A stretch of 64,000 bases of DNA from Camelus ferus (lineage: Eukaryota). Made by a program: the position numbers and the translations under genes. The DNA lies in the NCBI RefSeq assembly GCF_009834535.1, contig NC_045704.1:17856001-17920000 (forward strand). Reading direction: 5' to 3'. Positions within the stretch are counted from its first letter, which is position 1. The number at the start of each line of letters is the position of its first letter. Under the pieces are notes generated by a model. It was not told the origin of the DNA. It saw only the letters and a list, made by a program, of their open reading frames with translations, and did not search any database. Below, one piece after another: positions 46,440-64,000 of the stretch.

Positions 46440-47120
46440 TGTAAGTCAGTCCTGCCTCTGCTCACAACCCTCCGTGGTTCCCATCCCACTCAGGGAAAAG
46501 CCAGTCCTCACCGTAACTCACTATAGTCTACCTGACCTGGCTCCTCTAATCCTTCTTTCCCTCCTCACTCACTCTGCCCATTGGCCTTTTTGCTATTTTT
46601 CTGAGACCCTTCCACCACAGGGACTTTGCACTGGTTGTTCCCTCTGCTTGGAACATCCTTCCCTTAGATATTTCAATAGCTCCTTCCCTCACTTCCTTCA
46701 GGTCTTCCCTCACCTCCTTCAGGCCTTTACTCAAAGGACATCTCAACCAGGACTTTCCTGATCATCCTGTTTTTATTTTGGTGGGGGGAGGTAATTCGGT
46801 TTATTTATTTATTTATTTGTACAGGGGGTACTGGGGATTGAACCAGGACCTTGTGCATGCTAAGCATGTGCTCCACCACTTGAGCTATACCCTTCCCCTG
46901 TCCTGACCACCCTATTTGAACATACAGTCTTCCCTCCTCTTCCTGCCCTTCCCTGGTTCATTTTTCTCTTTAACATGTGCCACCTTATTACATATCCTTA
47001 TTTATTTTGTTTATTGTGCCCCTCACCAGAAGCCAGCACCAAGAGGGCAAAGTTTATTTGCCTGTATTGTTTCTTGCTGTGTCCTTAGTGCCTAGAATAG
47101 CATATGGTAAGTGCTTAATA
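46440..47120 (+). mobile_element. L2 3' end
   Basis: GGGACTTTGCACTGGTTGTTCCCTCTGCTTGGAAC ... GTGCCTAGAATAG. Confidence 0.7.
46774..46898 (-). mobile_element. Vic-1-type SINE (long tail) inside an L2
   Basis: Reverse head. TSD-like TCCTGATCATCCTGTTT / TCCTGACCACCCTATTT. Confidence 0.88.
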
Positions 47121-48479
47121 GAAATTTTAAAAGAATGGGTTTTCCATAAGAAAATTATCTCATGTATAGAGCTCTTGTACTGTCCTCGCCCAGGGCCAAG
47201 CTCTTTACAGAAATTGTTTGACTGAATCTCTCTCTCACTAACACTGAGCAGGAGGGGATGCCATGGCCCCATTTCACAAATGGTGACACTGAGGCTCAGA
47301 GCTCTCCCACCCTGTAGCTTTTGCTTGTAGCCACCAGGCTGTTTGATATGATCTCACCCATGTGAAACAGGTGGCGCCAGGCTTGGTACCATCAGTCACA
47401 GCCCTGTAGGATTAGTTATTGTCATAGGTGCTTTTTATATATTTTGCCCCCAAGGGTGAGCTGTCACCTAGCTTCTGAGTCAGACCTTTATGTCTGGAGG
47501 GGTACAGGGGTGGTTTCTGTCTTGAAACTGAGTCACCTGGAAAGGGGCATTGGGCACAGACCCAGGGATCCAAAATGAGTCATCTCTTTACAGACCAATG
47601 AGAAGTCATAACAGGTGTCCCCTAATGCATCATACAGGCTGAGAAGCTGAGATCCAGAAAGGGATGAGGTTCTTCTGAGGTCACACAACACAGGGACAGA
47701 GACAGAGGGGTCTGATTCCTAATAAAGAGGGTTAGTCAGGGTCGGGGGAGGGGGTTCTATAGGAGAAGCGTCACATCCCTTCTTCTCCCAGTAGTGGGAG
47801 AGATGCCCCAGCCAGCTGCTTCTATTCCAGACTGTGAGAAGAGGGGTGAGTCAGCCTACTGTGGGGGGAGCAGGCTTTAAGCCTGTCCTCCCTCCCCCAC
47901 CAATAACACACACACACTCAGAATGGGCTGGGAGCTGGTTTCCTGGGATGCCAAGGCTCCTGAGTCAGCACTGGGAATCTTGGCTGAGTGTGTTCTGGGA
48001 AATGTCAGGCTGACAGGAAACAGAGGGCTCCCACTCACAGCATCCTGCAGGTGGGTGGGGAGCAGAGAGAGCAGGGTGTATGAGGGAACGGGCCCAGTGT
48101 GCAAAGAGCTGAGTGTGAGGGGATTTATGCACACGGAGGGAAACGGTGAGCAAGGCAGGGGGGTTATGCGTACAAGGGAGAAGGCTGGGTGCCAGGATGT
48201 GGGTACTGAAGCAGAGGGTGAGTGTGCAAAGTAGAGGGGCTCCATGTGGAAGGGAAATGCTTCCTGGGAAGATGGGTGTTCAAAGGAGAGATGTTGAGAC
48301 TACTGGGGGTACAAACAAGGGAGGTTCACAAAATGTTCGCGCAAAAGAGGGGTGTGGAGTTTGTAAGGGAGAGGGATATTTGCAAAAAACGACGTGTAGG
48401 AAACGGAACGGTCCGCCGCATACAAGGAACTTTGAGGTGAGTGGAAGGGCATAAAATGGCACGTGTGTGCTCCGGTAGT

Positions 48480-48909
48480 GCCCTAGCCCACCGTTAGGTC
48501 CCGCCCCCTCACGCACAGCGGAGCGTATTCTGTGTCAGTCAGCGAGCTGCTCCTCCGCCATTGGCTATCTGACCGGAGGGGGCGGGCGTATGGAGACTCC
48601 CGGAAGCGCAGGAGGCCCCCGGTCGTGGCGGACCCAGAGCCAGAGAGCTGTGGGTGCTTAGCAACCGGGGGAGGTGGCCCGTAGCAGGATGGAAAGGGGG
48701 GGAGGGGACACAAGAGGAATTGTGGGTGCCTAGCAACGAGGGGAAGGCGGTGCCTAGCAACGAGGGGGTGCTCAGCGGAGTGGAGGGGTAGCTCTGGAGG
48801 ATCTGTGGGTGTCTAGCAACGGGAGAGGACCCTAGCAACGGCGGAGGGAAGTGGGACAGGGGAAAGTGGTTTGGGGAGGTGTGCGGAAGAGCTATGGGTT
48901 CCTAGCAAC
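48480..48909 (+). promoter_or_regulatory. CpG-rich candidate COQ8B promoter/first-exon region with six tandem RFX X-box motifs
   Basis: YY1-like CCGCCATT, GC box and ETS CCGGAAG near 48555-48606. GGNNNYTAGCAAC occurs at 48653, 48725, 48749, 48808, 48827 and 48897. Confidence 0.65.
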
Positions 48910-49080
48910 GAGAGAGGGAACGAGGAGAAACTGGAGGGCCTATTAACAGGGGAGAAAGTCTTTGGTTGGTAGAATTCTTAGGGTGGACACAGAGGAATGT
49001 GAGGGCTTGGAAAAGAGGGGCAAAGCAGGGAGGTCAGTCCCACAACTCCTGTCCAAATAATCTCTCCTCATCGCCAGACA

Positions 49081-64000
<14,920 letters not shown>

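Noticed and set aside
48653-48909. Repeat-spacer pattern resembling a CRISPR array
   Set aside because: Repeats are only 13 bp, spacers are 6-59 nt and low-complexity, there are no cas genes, and the context is mammalian. It is better explained as transcription-factor motifs.

Overview
Mammalian genomic DNA, almost certainly a camelid (alpaca, llama or camel): it carries 12 copies of a tRNA-Ala-derived Vic-1-type SINE and camelid-style L1 3' ends. The block is syntenic with human 19q13.2 and reads RAB4B(-), MIA(-), SNRPA(-), ACTMAP/C19orf54(+), ITPKC(-), COQ8B/ADCK4(+). I reconstructed the exons by hand from splice sites and frame. Five CDSs are complete and open: RAB4B 213 aa, MIA 130 aa, SNRPA 282 aa, ACTMAP 346 aa, ITPKC 673 aa. 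COQ8B is cut by the window end. There is a 245-N gap in RAB4B intron 5. Most entries in the ORF track are exon fragments, antisense shadows or chance ORFs, often starting at TTG/GTG. I found no new protein-coding system. Known regulatory systems visible in the sequence are the U1A autoregulatory PIE with its upstream U1 site, an MHC-class-II-type S-X-X2-Y module upstream of RAB4B, and a U12-type intron in ACTMAP. The best leads I cannot match to a known description are: a six-copy RFX X-box array just upstream of the COQ8B ATG exon; a 24-nt U6 retro-fragment with a 19-bp TSD in SNRPA intron 2; an unidentified polyadenylated retro-insert splitting a MIR in ITPKC intron 6; and a GC-box/TATA array in RAB4B intron 1. 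Comparisons with human sequences are from memory and need alignment. Old-repeat boundaries and subfamily names are approximate.
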